A stretch of DNA of 64,000 bases, taken from contig OY763927.2 of assembly GCA_963667665.2 (NCBI GenBank), positions 1,504,001-1,568,000 of the forward strand. The letters are read 5' to 3'. Shown one piece after another: positions 1 to 9,941 of the stretch; positions within the stretch are counted from its first letter, which is position 1, and each line of letters begins with the position of its first letter. The position numbers and the translations under genes are program-made. The stretch is from Nitrosopumilus sp. Lineage in GTDB: Archaea > Thermoproteota > Nitrososphaeria > Nitrososphaerales > Nitrosopumilaceae. The notes beneath the pieces were generated by a model. That model was not told the origin of the DNA and ran no database searches. It saw only the letters and a program-made list of their open reading frames with translations.

Positions 1-2
1 TT

Positions 3-560
3 CTAAAAATAAGAATCTGAGGCACGTTTTCTAACAAGTTTCATTATACTCTCTTTTTCCTCTTTATTTTCATAAATTCCTCTAAATGCTGATGAAGAGA
101 GTGTTGCATTATTTTTAACACCACGCATTTTCATACAAAGATGTTCCGCATCAGCAAAAACTACTACACCTTTAACACCTTGAGAATACAGTTCATCTGC
201 AATGTTTTTGGTTAGTCGTTCCTGAATTTGAAGTCTCTTTGAATATTTTTCAACTAGTCTAACAAGTTTTGAGATTCCAAAAACTTTGCCATTTGGTGAG
301 TAAGCAATGTTAATTTTTCCAAAAAATGGCAACATATGGTGTTCACACATTGAATAAAATTGAATATCACGTACAATAACTACATCAGAATCTTCAGAGA
401 ATTGTACAATTAACTCTGAATCAGAGTCATATCCCCCAAAGATTTCTTTATACATATTTGCAATTCTTTCAGGAGTCTCTCGTAATCCTTCACGGGTAGG
501 ATCTTCACCAATTTCAATAATTAATTCTCTTACGAGTTTTTTTACACGTTCTTTGTCCAT
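3..560 (-). CDS. folE: GTP cyclohydrolase I
   Basis: Motifs GLRETPER, SMCEHH, RLQIQERLT, HLCMKMRG; adjacent to queE. Confidence 0.95.
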   Translation of the reverse strand: MDKERVKKLVRELIIEIGEDPTREGLRETPERIANMYKEIFGGYDSDSELIVQFSEDSDVVIVRDIQFYSMCEHHMLPFFGKINIAYSPNGKVFGISKLVRLVEKYSKRLQIQERLTKNIADELYSQGVKGVVVFADAEHLCMKMRGVKNNATLSSSAFRGIYENKEEKESIMKLVRKRASDSYF

Positions 561-624
561 TTGATATTTTCACAGAATTTTTCTAGTATTTGAACCTAAT
601 CAGATTTTTAGGCAGATCGTAATG

Positions 625-1338
625 TTATGGGGCTCCAATGAATTTGTGTAATTGAGGAACTACCTTGACATCAATATAATGTGGATACACTATATCATAC
701 AAATTCAATAAAAGATCCAGTGATGGTTCAGAAACACCATAAGTTGGCTGAATAATAAATCCATCAATCTCATCTTTAGAGATTACATCAAAAATTTGAT
801 TTGTTAATTCTTCAAATTCGTTTAACTGAGTTTTTGAGCTAACTACAATTTTGATATAAGTTGTTTTCTTTGCTTTTACAGATGATTCAAGACACTTCAT
901 TGCATGAATTATTAATTTTTCATAGTGTTTAGAGTCTACAAAATCAGAATCTTTTGTTTTAAATTCAATTTTGATAATATCAAAAAATGGTAAAACATGA
1001 TTAAATCTATCAATATCAAAACATGATGATTCAAGGTATGTAGGAATTTTTTTATCTTGAATATGCTTTGCAAGTAATGCTACGGCTTGGTGTTGAATTA
1101 ATGGATCACCTCCCGTAAAATTTACTTTGTAAGTTTGATTTTTGAGATTAGAATCAATTAGTTGATTTGCATCTTCAATTGTATATTCTGTGCCAGAATC
1201 AAGGGGAAGAGATTCTAAGGTATCACAATAAAAACAAGTGAAAGGACATCCTGCAAGTCTCACAAAAAGAGTCTTTGTTCCATAAAGAATACCTTCACCT
1301 TCTACTGATGTAAATATCTCAAATAATCTTACTTTCAA
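625..1338 (-). CDS. queE: 7-carboxy-7-deazaguanine synthase (radical SAM)
   Basis: EIFTSVEGEG, FVRLAGCPFTCFYCDT, FTGGDP, PQLHK. Confidence 0.92.
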   Translation of the reverse strand: MKVRLFEIFTSVEGEGILYGTKTLFVRLAGCPFTCFYCDTLESLPLDSGTEYTIEDANQLIDSNLKNQTYKVNFTGGDPLIQHQAVALLAKHIQDKKIPTYLESSCFDIDRFNHVLPFFDIIKIEFKTKDSDFVDSKHYEKLIIHAMKCLESSVKAKKTTYIKIVVSSKTQLNEFEELTNQIFDVISKDEIDGFIIQPTYGVSEPSLDLLLNLYDIVYPHYIDVKVVPQLHKFIGAP

Positions 1339-1379
1339 GTAATAATAGTAGTTTTTTTCATTATTTATTCAATGAGTTT

Positions 1380-1580
1380 CTAATGCATTGAAGGTTCTTT
1401 TGAATAGAATAGTCCAGAGATAAAGAATACTATTCCTAAGATTCCAATAGTGCTTCCAACAAGTTCTATTTGATTTTGAAAATATTCTTCCATTGGAGCC
1501 CATAACCATGCCATCAAAGCGCCAACTACAATCATTGGAATTCCTACCCCAACAACAATTGCTTGAGAGGCCATGCTCAA
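1380..1580 (-). CDS. small two-TM membrane protein
   Basis: 66-aa ORF with two hydrophobic segments. Confidence 0.7.
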   Translation of the reverse strand: MSMASQAIVVGVGIPMIVVGALMAWLWAPMEEYFQNQIELVGSTIGILGIVFFISGLFYSKEPSMH

Positions 1581-1618
1581 TTCTGATTAGAAAATGTATA
1601 TGAAGTTTATGATATCTA

Positions 1619-2638
1619 TCAAAGAGAATTTTTAATTTCTCGTAATTGTTTTACTAAATCTCTTAGAAGATCGTTTGCTGCATCTGATTCACCTTCTGAT
1701 AAATGGCTTTTAATGTTTTCAAGTATTTTTCTGGCATCATCTAGATCACTTTGATCTACTCCATCTATCTGAGATAATCTAGATAGGGTTTTTTCAACTT
1801 GTAAAACTCTAGATTCAAGTCTATCATTTTTTGTTAGTTCAAACTGATCCTTAATTGACATAATCTTCCTAATTTCTTTGATAATTTCTCTTGGATTATC
1901 TGCAGAAGAGAGATTTTCTTTGGCTGTTTCTAGTTTTTCTATAATTTCATCAGCGACACCCTGTTTTTTGGCATATTCAATTAATCGATCAAGTTGTTCT
2001 AGATATTTCTTAGCATATTCGTTAGCACGTTGAGATTCATGTTTAGATGCTTCTTCACGAAGTTCTTTTTTTACTTCCACGATAGTTTCTTTAATTTCAT
2101 GAAGAGTTTCTAATGCTAATGCAAATTGATGATCACTAATCTGTTGTTTTGCTTTAGCAAACAACTCATCTAGTTCAGAAAAGTCAATTGAAGCATTATG
2201 TTTTTTGGCAATTGTCTTTATGCTATCTACATATCCTTGTAGTCTTTGAAGAAGATTTGATGGATCTCTGACAGTGTCTCTTATAGAAGCAGATTCAGCT
2301 TGAGATACAACATCAGATACTGTATCAGATGTTGTTAAATGTCTAGAGATTTCTTTGAAAATTTTCATAGCAGAAAGGAAATTCTCCTTTACAGAACCAG
2401 CATCATCACTTCTAAGTGCTCTTTCTAATGTATTGACTTTTTGTGTTCCTTCTTCAAATAATCTCTTTACTTGATCTGAGGAATCAGCAGAGATTTGATT
2501 ATGAATTTGTTCTTGTGCACGTTTTGCAATCTTTAGAAGAACTGAAGAATCATCTTGAGCAGAAACATTACTTGTCATGCCTCCAAGAGCCATACTTGCA
2601 ACTAAAATTAACAAACCAAGAGATGCTATATTTTTCAT
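1619..2638 (-). CDS. secreted or anchored alpha-helical repeat protein
   Basis: N-terminal signal peptide, long charged helical body; 4-bp overlap with the upstream gene. Confidence 0.75.
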   Translation of the reverse strand: MKNIASLGLLILVASMALGGMTSNVSAQDDSSVLLKIAKRAQEQIHNQISADSSDQVKRLFEEGTQKVNTLERALRSDDAGSVKENFLSAMKIFKEISRHLTTSDTVSDVVSQAESASIRDTVRDPSNLLQRLQGYVDSIKTIAKKHNASIDFSELDELFAKAKQQISDHQFALALETLHEIKETIVEVKKELREEASKHESQRANEYAKKYLEQLDRLIEYAKKQGVADEIIEKLETAKENLSSADNPREIIKEIRKIMSIKDQFELTKNDRLESRVLQVEKTLSRLSQIDGVDQSDLDDARKILENIKSHLSEGESDAANDLLRDLVKQLREIKNSL

Positions 2639-3564
2639 TCTTCTTTCTCCATTTCTTTCTTCAATTTGACAAGATTTTGTAGGTCTTTTTTGGTAATTTC
2701 AATTATTCCTTGTCTTTCTAATCGTTTTACTGCTCTCCACATTGTAGTTCTAGGTTGAAGGAATTTTTTTCTTAATTCACTTTCCAAAGCTTGTCCTCCA
2801 TTTTCAGAAATAAATTTAATGATTTCTTTGTCATCCTCACGTAATAGTGGTCTTAGATTGAAAATAGTTCCAGGGTCAAGAGAGTCTGTATTTGTTTTAG
2901 ATCCCGAAGAAACTTTAGTTTGTATAACAAGTGAAGATTTTGCTTGTTTTCTTTTAATCATAATTACTGCTCCAGTTATAGCTGCTGCAATAGGAACTCC
3001 AATTAGAGCTAATGTAGAAATATCAATAGTTGGTTGTACTGGATTTATGGTTGGTGGATTTGTAGTACCAAAAATATAATTAATTTCTGATAAACCGTTG
3101 CTTAGCTCTAGTTTTGTTTGATCATTCACTAGATCCATATTTGATGGAAGTACATTCATACCAACAATAATGGAATTTGATGGCATCAATAATGAATAAT
3201 CAATTGGTGATTCAAGAGAAAAAGTCCAAATTCTTCCTTCTTTTGAAATTAAGTCATGAATATCATAATCTATTGTTATAGTGGAAGAACCAAAAGTATC
3301 TATTGTTACTTTATCGCCAATTATTTCACTAGATAATAAAAATCCATTTTCATCAACTGCGACAAAGTTGTCAACAGATGAACCAAATAGATTAACTTCA
3401 AAATCAGGCTCTAAAGGATCTACATCTAGCTGAGTAAAGATATGTGCTGATCCATCTGAATAAAGAGTAAGATCAAGAGTTCGAGTAGAGCTGAATGAGG
3501 ACTGTATTGGCATCGTTAGTGCTACGACAATTAAGCCAGCAATTATCAAAGGTGTCTTAACCAT
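2635..3564 (-). CDS. membrane-anchored wHTH regulator (extracellular domain, TM, C-terminal HTH)
   Basis: Signal-like N-terminus from MVKTPL, TM LALIGVPIAAAITGAVIMI, C-terminal ESELRKKFLQPRTTMWRAVKRLERQGII; start uncertain (ORF is open to 3663). Confidence 0.75.
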   Translation of the reverse strand: MVKTPLIIAGLIVVALTMPIQSSFSSTRTLDLTLYSDGSAHIFTQLDVDPLEPDFEVNLFGSSVDNFVAVDENGFLLSSEIIGDKVTIDTFGSSTITIDYDIHDLISKEGRIWTFSLESPIDYSLLMPSNSIIVGMNVLPSNMDLVNDQTKLELSNGLSEINYIFGTTNPPTINPVQPTIDISTLALIGVPIAAAITGAVIMIKRKQAKSSLVIQTKVSSGSKTNTDSLDPGTIFNLRPLLREDDKEIIKFISENGGQALESELRKKFLQPRTTMWRAVKRLERQGIIEITKKDLQNLVKLKKEMEKEE

Positions 3565-3659
3565 TGTTTCGACGATACCATCAGTCCTTACAAAAAGCAT
3601 TCCATCTTCTCGAAAAGACTCTATTCTCTGTATAGGTACGATTTGGGGATTCATTGGGA

Positions 3660-3947
3660 TCAATACCTTAGATTCATGCTTTCTACGAGTCCCTGGAATC
3701 TTTTAAATTCCTGGAAGAATTCAAGTCCTTTTTCAGTAATCATAAAGACTCTATTCCTGTCATTTTTGACAGAATCTACTAAGCCAGCTTCTACCAGTTT
3801 CTCACATTTGTCTAATACTGCATAGTGAGATAGGTTTGCTTTGCGAGAGATCGCAGATACAATGACTCCATCACGACCACCATCGGCGGTTACGTATAAG
3901 ATATCACCCATTACGCCCATTTCGGACCTGTATTGTTGTTTTGACAT
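3660..3947 (-). CDS. winged-helix transcriptional regulator (ArnR1/HTH_45-like)
   Basis: ISRKANLSHYAVLDKCEKLVEAGLV and FMITEKG wing motif. Confidence 0.85.
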   Translation of the reverse strand: MSKQQYRSEMGVMGDILYVTADGGRDGVIVSAISRKANLSHYAVLDKCEKLVEAGLVDSVKNDRNRVFMITEKGLEFFQEFKRFQGLVESMNLRY

Positions 3948-3974
3948 GTCTTAGTATACAACTAATTAGTTTAT

Positions 3975-4225
3975 GAGGAACATTTTGAAACATCAAAGCG
4001 GAACGCAAAGCGGAACAGGTTTTTCAGCTAGAAAAATGATGGAATTTTACAGAAAATGATGCGGGAAAGAAATTCTAAGAAATTTAATGCCTAAAATTTG
4101 ATAAGAAAAAATTCATTTTCTCAAAAAATAATCATTTCTAAAGTTTTTACAAAACTGATACAGTTTCAAGATTTTTTGTTAATTTTTAAGAAATTTGCTA
4201 TTTAAGGAACAGGACGTTTCCTTGC
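3975..4225. promoter_or_regulatory. divergent promoter region with repeated GGAAC boxes
   Basis: CAAAGCGGAAC direct repeat at 3994-4004 and 4006-4016; imperfect inverted repeat AAGGAAC-N5-GTTTCCTT near 4204-4223. Confidence 0.45.
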
Positions 4226-4259
4226 CGTCCCTAAACTATCATTTAACCAAGTCTTAGAT

Positions 4260-4838
4260 ATGAAAAAATCTCACAACAGAACTATTGGAGTAATAGCAGT
4301 CTTTTTGATGCTTGGTGCTTCACCGTTATCTGTAACATACTCATTTGCAGATATACAAGGCAATCAAAAAGAGAGAATTGGAGTAATTCTTACTGAAGAA
4401 GTAGTTAATGGAAAGCTGCAAGTCCGACATTATGTGTTACCTGATGACATTACAGAAGATGATATACAGAGAAGGTTATCCTTTGAAGGTCAACCATCAA
4501 GTTGGGCATATGTAAATTACCAAGCATATCATTCAGGGATAGTCATCTTTGATGGTAAAGCATCTAAGGTTGGAGAAAATCTATGGAAAATTTCTACAAA
4601 TGATGTGATGGACAAAACAGTCTCAGATGAGAATTTCAGTTACAGAGTCGTATTTTCTGGAAAAGCTGTAGAAATAGATGAGGAGAATGTAATTGCCATT
4701 TCCTTTATGAATTATAGTCTAAAAAATCCTGAGATGGTGCCAAATATCAAATTTCTTCAGGTTGGAGAACTGACCATAAAATCAGAAAAATCAATTAACT
4801 CTAACCAAGAATTCAGAAATTCAGTATGGGTGAGATAA
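4260..4838 (+). CDS. secreted hypothetical protein
   Basis: Signal peptide; T-rich terminator after the stop. Confidence 0.7.
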   Translation: MKKSHNRTIGVIAVFLMLGASPLSVTYSFADIQGNQKERIGVILTEEVVNGKLQVRHYVLPDDITEDDIQRRLSFEGQPSSWAYVNYQAYHSGIVIFDGKASKVGENLWKISTNDVMDKTVSDENFSYRVVFSGKAVEIDEENVIAISFMNYSLKNPEMVPNIKFLQVGELTIKSEKSINSNQEFRNSVWVR

Positions 4839-4938
4839 TCACCACTTTTTTTTCTTTAATTGACTAAAAATCATTCACAAGGTCAGCTTTGAGATTCTTA
4901 GTAACTTTTTATTCCTAGATTGAAAAGAAAATCATAAA

Positions 4939-5406
4939 ATGTTTGATAAATTCAGAGAAGGTGAAGGAGAGATGGTAGAAGAAAGAAGAGAGGAGAACAC
5001 GAATACTGAAGAATCTACTTCAACTGTAGAGTCTGGAAGTGAGATTGGAATTGGAGAATTAATAGGAAAACGTGCAAAATTAGAAGAAGCAATAGATTAT
5101 GTCGGTTTAATGATTAAGAATCTCAGAGATAAGAGAACTTTACTTGAAAAAGACATTGAAGAAGAATCAGTAGATATTAAGAATCTCAAAGAAAAACTAC
5201 AGAAAGTTAGTGAATACATAGAAGAGGAAAATAGAGGAATTAGGGATCTTTCAATTAAAAGAAAACAAGTAGAAGATGAAGCTGATCAAGTAGAAACAAT
5301 CATCAATACATTAAGAGACAGACTATCAGGAATTGATAGAATAATTGGTGATGAAGGTAGTAGAGTTAAGAGAATTAAAGAATCTAGAGATTCTCTAGAA
5401 GAATAA
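4939..5406 (+). CDS. acidic coiled-coil protein
   Basis: Heptad-rich 155-aa ORF, convergent with the ESCRT-III gene. Confidence 0.75.
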   Translation: MFDKFREGEGEMVEERREENTNTEESTSTVESGSEIGIGELIGKRAKLEEAIDYVGLMIKNLRDKRTLLEKDIEEESVDIKNLKEKLQKVSEYIEEENRGIRDLSIKRKQVEDEADQVETIINTLRDRLSGIDRIIGDEGSRVKRIKESRDSLEE

Positions 5407-5417
5407 AAATTTTAGAA

Positions 5418-6059
5418 TTAGAGGAATTTAGCAGTAGTTGTTTCTTGAGTTTCTGTTGGAACTGAAGGGAACATTTGACCTGCAGAAGTCTCTGCAACAG
5501 CAGCAGCTTCTTTGAGAATACTTTCAGATTCTGCGTTAGTAGTTTCATCAACTCCAAATGCTGTATCTCCTGAGAAACTTTCTGTCATAAAGCCTCCAAG
5601 CATTTCTGCCATTTGACCAATTTCTTGCTCAGCCCCTGGCATTATTTTTCCAAGAGATGATTTTAGATTCTTCATCAAACCCATTGTTGGCATAATTGCT
5701 ATTACAGTATCTCCAAGATCACTGCAGGTAGTTAAGCGTAATTCAATTTGTTCTAATGCTATTCTAGCACTACTCAAAATTTTGGTAACTTTTCTTACCT
5801 CGGCTAACTCATTACCAAGAACTTTACTGGTTTGAGTATCGTGTTTTTGTGTTGCCTTTACAATTCTTTGAAATAATTTTGCATCACGTTCTTGTAAGTT
5901 TGTTAGCATTGAATCTAATTTTGTAATTTGTAATTGTAATTTTTTAATTCCATCCTGAACTCTTGGTTTTAGGGGACCTTTAGGCTTGAGTGTATCATTA
6001 ATTTTTTCAGTAATACTGGGTTGTGACTGTTTTGACCATTTACTAGACAAATTAGGCAT
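5418..6059 (-). CDS. Snf7/ESCRT-III (CdvB-family) protein
   Basis: Snf7 helical pattern LGNELAEVRKVTKILSSARIALEQIELRLTT and AESESILKEA. Confidence 0.9.
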   Translation of the reverse strand: MPNLSSKWSKQSQPSITEKINDTLKPKGPLKPRVQDGIKKLQLQITKLDSMLTNLQERDAKLFQRIVKATQKHDTQTSKVLGNELAEVRKVTKILSSARIALEQIELRLTTCSDLGDTVIAIMPTMGLMKNLKSSLGKIMPGAEQEIGQMAEMLGGFMTESFSGDTAFGVDETTNAESESILKEAAAVAETSAGQMFPSVPTETQETTTAKFL

Positions 6060-6230
6060 AAGTTCGATTTTAGAATATGTACTTAATTTCAGGGGTGAAT
6101 ATTGATTTACAGTAGATAAAATTTTTCTAACTAAAATTAAACATTAGTGGTTTTTCTGAGGCTAGATTATGCAATATGTTCCTCATTAATTTAGAAATTT
6201 ATTTTTATAATGGAATTTAGAACTTAGTAA

Positions 6231-6674
6231 ATGAATAAAAAAATTATAATAATTCCCATTCTTATAATTACAATTTTAGTAGTTTTTTCATCAAATTCAT
6301 CTAAGGAAAAAAATATGATATTTCATGTAACTCTTGCAGATCCTGAACTGTACAATAATGGAGTTTATACTAATGCATTTACTATAGACAAAGGAGAATA
6401 TTATTTTAGATTTGTCCCAAATGGAAGTAGTCCAGATACGTTATCAATAAAATTGGCTGGAGAAAAATTATTTAATTTTTCTGAAGATTTTCAGCTTGAA
6501 AGTACCTCACACCAAACTGGAGCATCTGAATACTTTACATGGGAATATAATGGAAAGAAAACCATTTTGATTTCAGAGATGCAAACAGTTTTCATAATTA
6601 TTAATCCAAATGGAAATGTTATGGGTTCAGTATCTGTAGATATTTTAGAAAATAAAGAAGGCGTACACCCCTAA
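6231..6674 (+). CDS. N-terminally anchored hypothetical protein
   Basis: Hydrophobic N-terminus, beta-rich domain. Confidence 0.7.
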   Translation: MNKKIIIIPILIITILVVFSSNSSKEKNMIFHVTLADPELYNNGVYTNAFTIDKGEYYFRFVPNGSSPDTLSIKLAGEKLFNFSEDFQLESTSHQTGASEYFTWEYNGKKTILISEMQTVFIIINPNGNVMGSVSVDILENKEGVHP

Positions 6675-6790
6675 ACTGCAGAACTTTGAGAGATTTCCTC
6701 TCGTGGTCAGAACGTTAACGTCTGATTGCCTTTTTCGTTCTGCGGGGCTACGCAGTTTTAGTCGATAGGAATTATATCCTTCGGCATCAT
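6655..6790 (-). ncRNA. candidate structured ncRNA (family not recognised)
   Basis: GC-rich island with nested helices and crossing pairings; minus-strand TTAAATA box at 6810-6816; oligo-T run at the 3' end. Confidence 0.6.
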
Positions 6791-6884
6791 ATTATATAGT
6801 AACTTTAACTATTTAACATTTCATATGATAAATTATAAGATTTTATGATATTTTATAAAATATTTTGTGCCTATTCTGAAATAG

Positions 6885-7664
6885 TTGATCTATAAATTAC
6901 GAATTTTTGTGAAAAAAATATTGAGATTATCAGGAAAAATTGCAATAGTAACTGGTGGAAGTAGAGGAATAGGATTTGCTACTGCAAAAATTTTATCAGA
7001 AAATGGAGCAACAGTGGTAATTACAGCAAAGGATAAGGATAGATTAGAAAAATCTGTATTAGAAGTTTCTAATGCAGTTGGTATTGCAGCTGATATTAGA
7101 AAAAAAAATGAAGTAAAAAGTGTTGTAAATAAAACAATTGAGAAATTTGGAAAATTAGATATTCTTGTAAATAATGCTGGAATATTTCCAAAGATCAAAC
7201 CATTACATGAAATTGATGAGGATGAGTGGAATGAAATTATAGATGTAAATCTTACAGGACAATTTAGATTTACTAAGGAAGCAATTCCTCATTTGAAAAA
7301 ATCAGGTGGTTCAATAATTAATATTTCATCTGATGCAGGATTAAAGGCATATCAAGGATTTAATGCTGATGCATATTCTGCTTCAAAAGCAGCACTAATT
7401 TTGCTAACAAAATGTTGGGCACTTGAATATGCAAAAAATAAGATTAGAGTTAATTGTATTTGTCCTGGAGTAGTAGATACAGATATGACAAAGCCATTTA
7501 TGAAAACACAGAAAGATAAAGAATTCATGGATAGTGAGCATCCAATAGGTAGAATTGGTCAACCGGAAGAAGTAGCAAAAGCAGTAATGTATTTTGCATC
7601 AGATGATGCATCTTGGACTACTGGTGCAATACTTGCAGTAGATGGAGGAGAATCAATTAAATGA
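6885..7664 (+). CDS. short-chain dehydrogenase/reductase
   Basis: TGGSRGIG, NNAG, YSASK; true start probably near 6921. Confidence 0.92.
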   Translation: MIYKLRIFVKKILRLSGKIAIVTGGSRGIGFATAKILSENGATVVITAKDKDRLEKSVLEVSNAVGIAADIRKKNEVKSVVNKTIEKFGKLDILVNNAGIFPKIKPLHEIDEDEWNEIIDVNLTGQFRFTKEAIPHLKKSGGSIINISSDAGLKAYQGFNADAYSASKAALILLTKCWALEYAKNKIRVNCICPGVVDTDMTKPFMKTQKDKEFMDSEHPIGRIGQPEEVAKAVMYFASDDASWTTGAILAVDGGESIK

Positions 7665-7701
7665 ATTCACATGAATTTAATACAACTATTGAGGATATAA
7701 T

Positions 7702-7911
7702 ATGATGAAAGATAGAAAGGCAAAAGCTAAGTTGATTATTCTTTTAGGATCTATTTGGTTTATTATTACATTACCGTTACCATGGATAGTAAACAACCCA
7801 CTAGTTTCAGAATCACAGTTTAACACCATACTTGCGATCATAGGAGTAATGTCAATTCCATTTATTATGCTAGGAGTTGCATGGACATTAAAGCCAGAAC
7901 TTACAACTTAG
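7702..7911 (+). CDS. small two-TM membrane protein
   Basis: Two hydrophobic helices. Confidence 0.7.
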   Translation: MMKDRKAKAKLIILLGSIWFIITLPLPWIVNNPLVSESQFNTILAIIGVMSIPFIMLGVAWTLKPELTT

Positions 7912-7918
7912 GTAATTT

Positions 7919-8737
7919 TTGTTGAAAAGTATTCCCATAGTGGATAAGATTCCTGAATTAGATATTGCAATTCAGGCTGCAAAAGAGGCAGGAAATACAA
8001 TTTTAGAGATTTATCAAAGAAATTTTAAAATTTCAAAAAAAAGTGATGATTCTCCAATTACTGAAGCAGATCTTAAGAGTAATGAAATCATTAAAGAGAT
8101 TCTTTCACAAACAGAACATGTAATTTTATCAGAAGAAGACACAGATGATCAAAGTAGATTATCAAAAGATACAATTTGGATTGTAGATCCACTTGATGGT
8201 ACTTCTGATTTTATTGATAAAACAGGAGAGTTTACAGTAATGATTGCGTTGATAAAAAACAAGAAACCAATTCTTGGAGTTATTAGTTGGCCTACAGAAA
8301 AAACATTCTTTGTTGCACAAAAAGGAAGCGGGGCATTTAGATATTCAAATGATGAATGGAGAAAAATATCTGTAACTACATTAACAGAACTTTCAAAATG
8401 TAGAGTAGTAGGATCAAGACATCATCTTTCAGATAAAGAAAAATCATTTATTAAAAAATTGGGAATTGAAGATTTTACAAGTATTGGTAGTTCATTAAAG
8501 GTTGGAAAGATTAGTTCAGGAGAAGCTGAAGCATATATCACAACAACAAACAAAATGAAGGAATGGGATTCAGCTGCATCTTATTGTATTATTTCAGAAG
8601 CCGGAGGAAAAATGACTGACATGTCAGGTAATGAAATCACATACAATAACAAAGAAGTTTTTCATCAAAATGGAATTCTAGTTACAAATGGATTAATTCA
8701 CGATAAAATAGTTGAAGAATTTAAAAAATTAGAGTAG
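7919..8737 (+). CDS. cysQ: 3'(2'),5'-bisphosphate nucleotidase
   Basis: SPITEAD, LSEE, WIVDPLDGT, EWDSAA; next to cysC. Confidence 0.9.
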   Translation: MLKSIPIVDKIPELDIAIQAAKEAGNTILEIYQRNFKISKKSDDSPITEADLKSNEIIKEILSQTEHVILSEEDTDDQSRLSKDTIWIVDPLDGTSDFIDKTGEFTVMIALIKNKKPILGVISWPTEKTFFVAQKGSGAFRYSNDEWRKISVTTLTELSKCRVVGSRHHLSDKEKSFIKKLGIEDFTSIGSSLKVGKISSGEAEAYITTTNKMKEWDSAASYCIISEAGGKMTDMSGNEITYNNKEVFHQNGILVTNGLIHDKIVEEFKKLE

Positions 8738-9244
8738 GTTTCTTCCGTTAAGAAAGTCCTTTACTTTGTTTGCACTATCTGAAAGTGGTTCATCTTCAGT
8801 ATCAATTATCAAATCTGCGTTTTCTGGAGCTTCATAAGGATCATCAATTCCTGTAAATCCTTTGATTTCTCCTTTTCTTGTCTTGGCATACATGCCTTTG
8901 ACATCTCTTTCTTCACATTTCTCAAGAGAGCATTTTACATAACATTCTGCAAACTGATCACCTGCATCGATAATTTCTCTAGCATTTTTTCTATTCTCAA
9001 CATATGGAGACACCAAAGATACTACACTTGGAACACCGTGATTTAGCAAAAGCTTAGCCAAATGAGCAACTTTTTTGTTGTGCTCATCACGTCCTGCTTT
9101 TGAAAAGTCTTTTGGAGAAAACCATTCTCTTAGTTCATCACCATCAAGCATTGCCAAGTTAGGAATGTCTTTTTGCAAATCTTTTACGATAGTGGTCTTA
9201 CCTGAACAAGGAAGACCAGTCATCCAAAGAACAAAAGGTTTCAT
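8729..9244 (-). CDS. cysC: adenylylsulfate kinase
   Basis: WMTGLPCSGKTT, LDGD, RDVKGMY, FTGIDDPYEAP. Confidence 0.95.
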   Translation of the reverse strand: MKPFVLWMTGLPCSGKTTIVKDLQKDIPNLAMLDGDELREWFSPKDFSKAGRDEHNKKVAHLAKLLLNHGVPSVVSLVSPYVENRKNAREIIDAGDQFAECYVKCSLEKCEERDVKGMYAKTRKGEIKGFTGIDDPYEAPENADLIIDTEDEPLSDSANKVKDFLNGRNLL

Positions 9245-9280
9245 AAATCAAATTCCTTAAGAGCCCATAAAGAGCTTACG

Positions 9281-9823
9281 TTAATTTTTAAACCAAGATT
9301 GATTTTCTAGATATTCAATTTCTTTAATCATATCTTCCATTTTTTTTGAAATAGCTATAACTGATTTGAATTGCTCATACATATCATATTCTTCTTCTTT
9401 TGAGAGTACTTCTGCTTCAGCTTTATCAAAGAAATTTTCTTCTTTGGTTTTATGATCCATTAGAAATATCGAATATGTTTTTAGATATCTGGCAACAGGT
9501 TCTCTTGCATCTTTTCCTTCTTTCCACTGTTTAAGATATTTTTTAATTTGTAATGCGATTCTTCTAGAAAATTCATGCTCTACTAACAGTTTGTGGATTT
9601 CTTCTTTGAGATGATCATAGCTTGCAACACAAGGAAAATATGCGTCTTCTTCTCTGGAATAATGAATAGAATCTAAGAATTCATCTATAACTAATGAAAT
9701 TTTATCTATATCAGATAAAGGAATATTTTTTCCTACATAAAGTTCCGTATAGCACTTTATGATCACTTTTTCTAATCGTCCAATTTGCTTGTGATCCTCA
9801 CGTAATGATTTTGTTGCACTCAA
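9281..9823 (-). CDS. hemerythrin/HHE domain protein
   Basis: LREDH, HYSREEDAYFP, EHE, HKTKEENFF. Confidence 0.85.
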   Translation of the reverse strand: MSATKSLREDHKQIGRLEKVIIKCYTELYVGKNIPLSDIDKISLVIDEFLDSIHYSREEDAYFPCVASYDHLKEEIHKLLVEHEFSRRIALQIKKYLKQWKEGKDAREPVARYLKTYSIFLMDHKTKEENFFDKAEAEVLSKEEEYDMYEQFKSVIAISKKMEDMIKEIEYLENQSWFKN

Positions 9824-9941
9824 GTAAGAAAAGTATTGTCAAGGTAGATTTAATGTGTATCTAAAAATCAACTATGGAGCTTAAAATTATCAAACAAATT
9901 CAGTTTAACTTTTATCCACACATATTTACATTCAGTCATTA

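Noticed and set aside
3-1338. folE + queE as a Dpd DNA-modification defence cluster
   Set aside because: No dpdA or other dpd genes in view; preQ0/archaeosine biosynthesis explains them
6655-6790. RNase P, SRP or 5S rRNA identity for the structured RNA
   Set aside because: Too short for SRP or RNase P and lacks their other conserved motifs; GAGGAAA here is only part of a hairpin; no 5S signature
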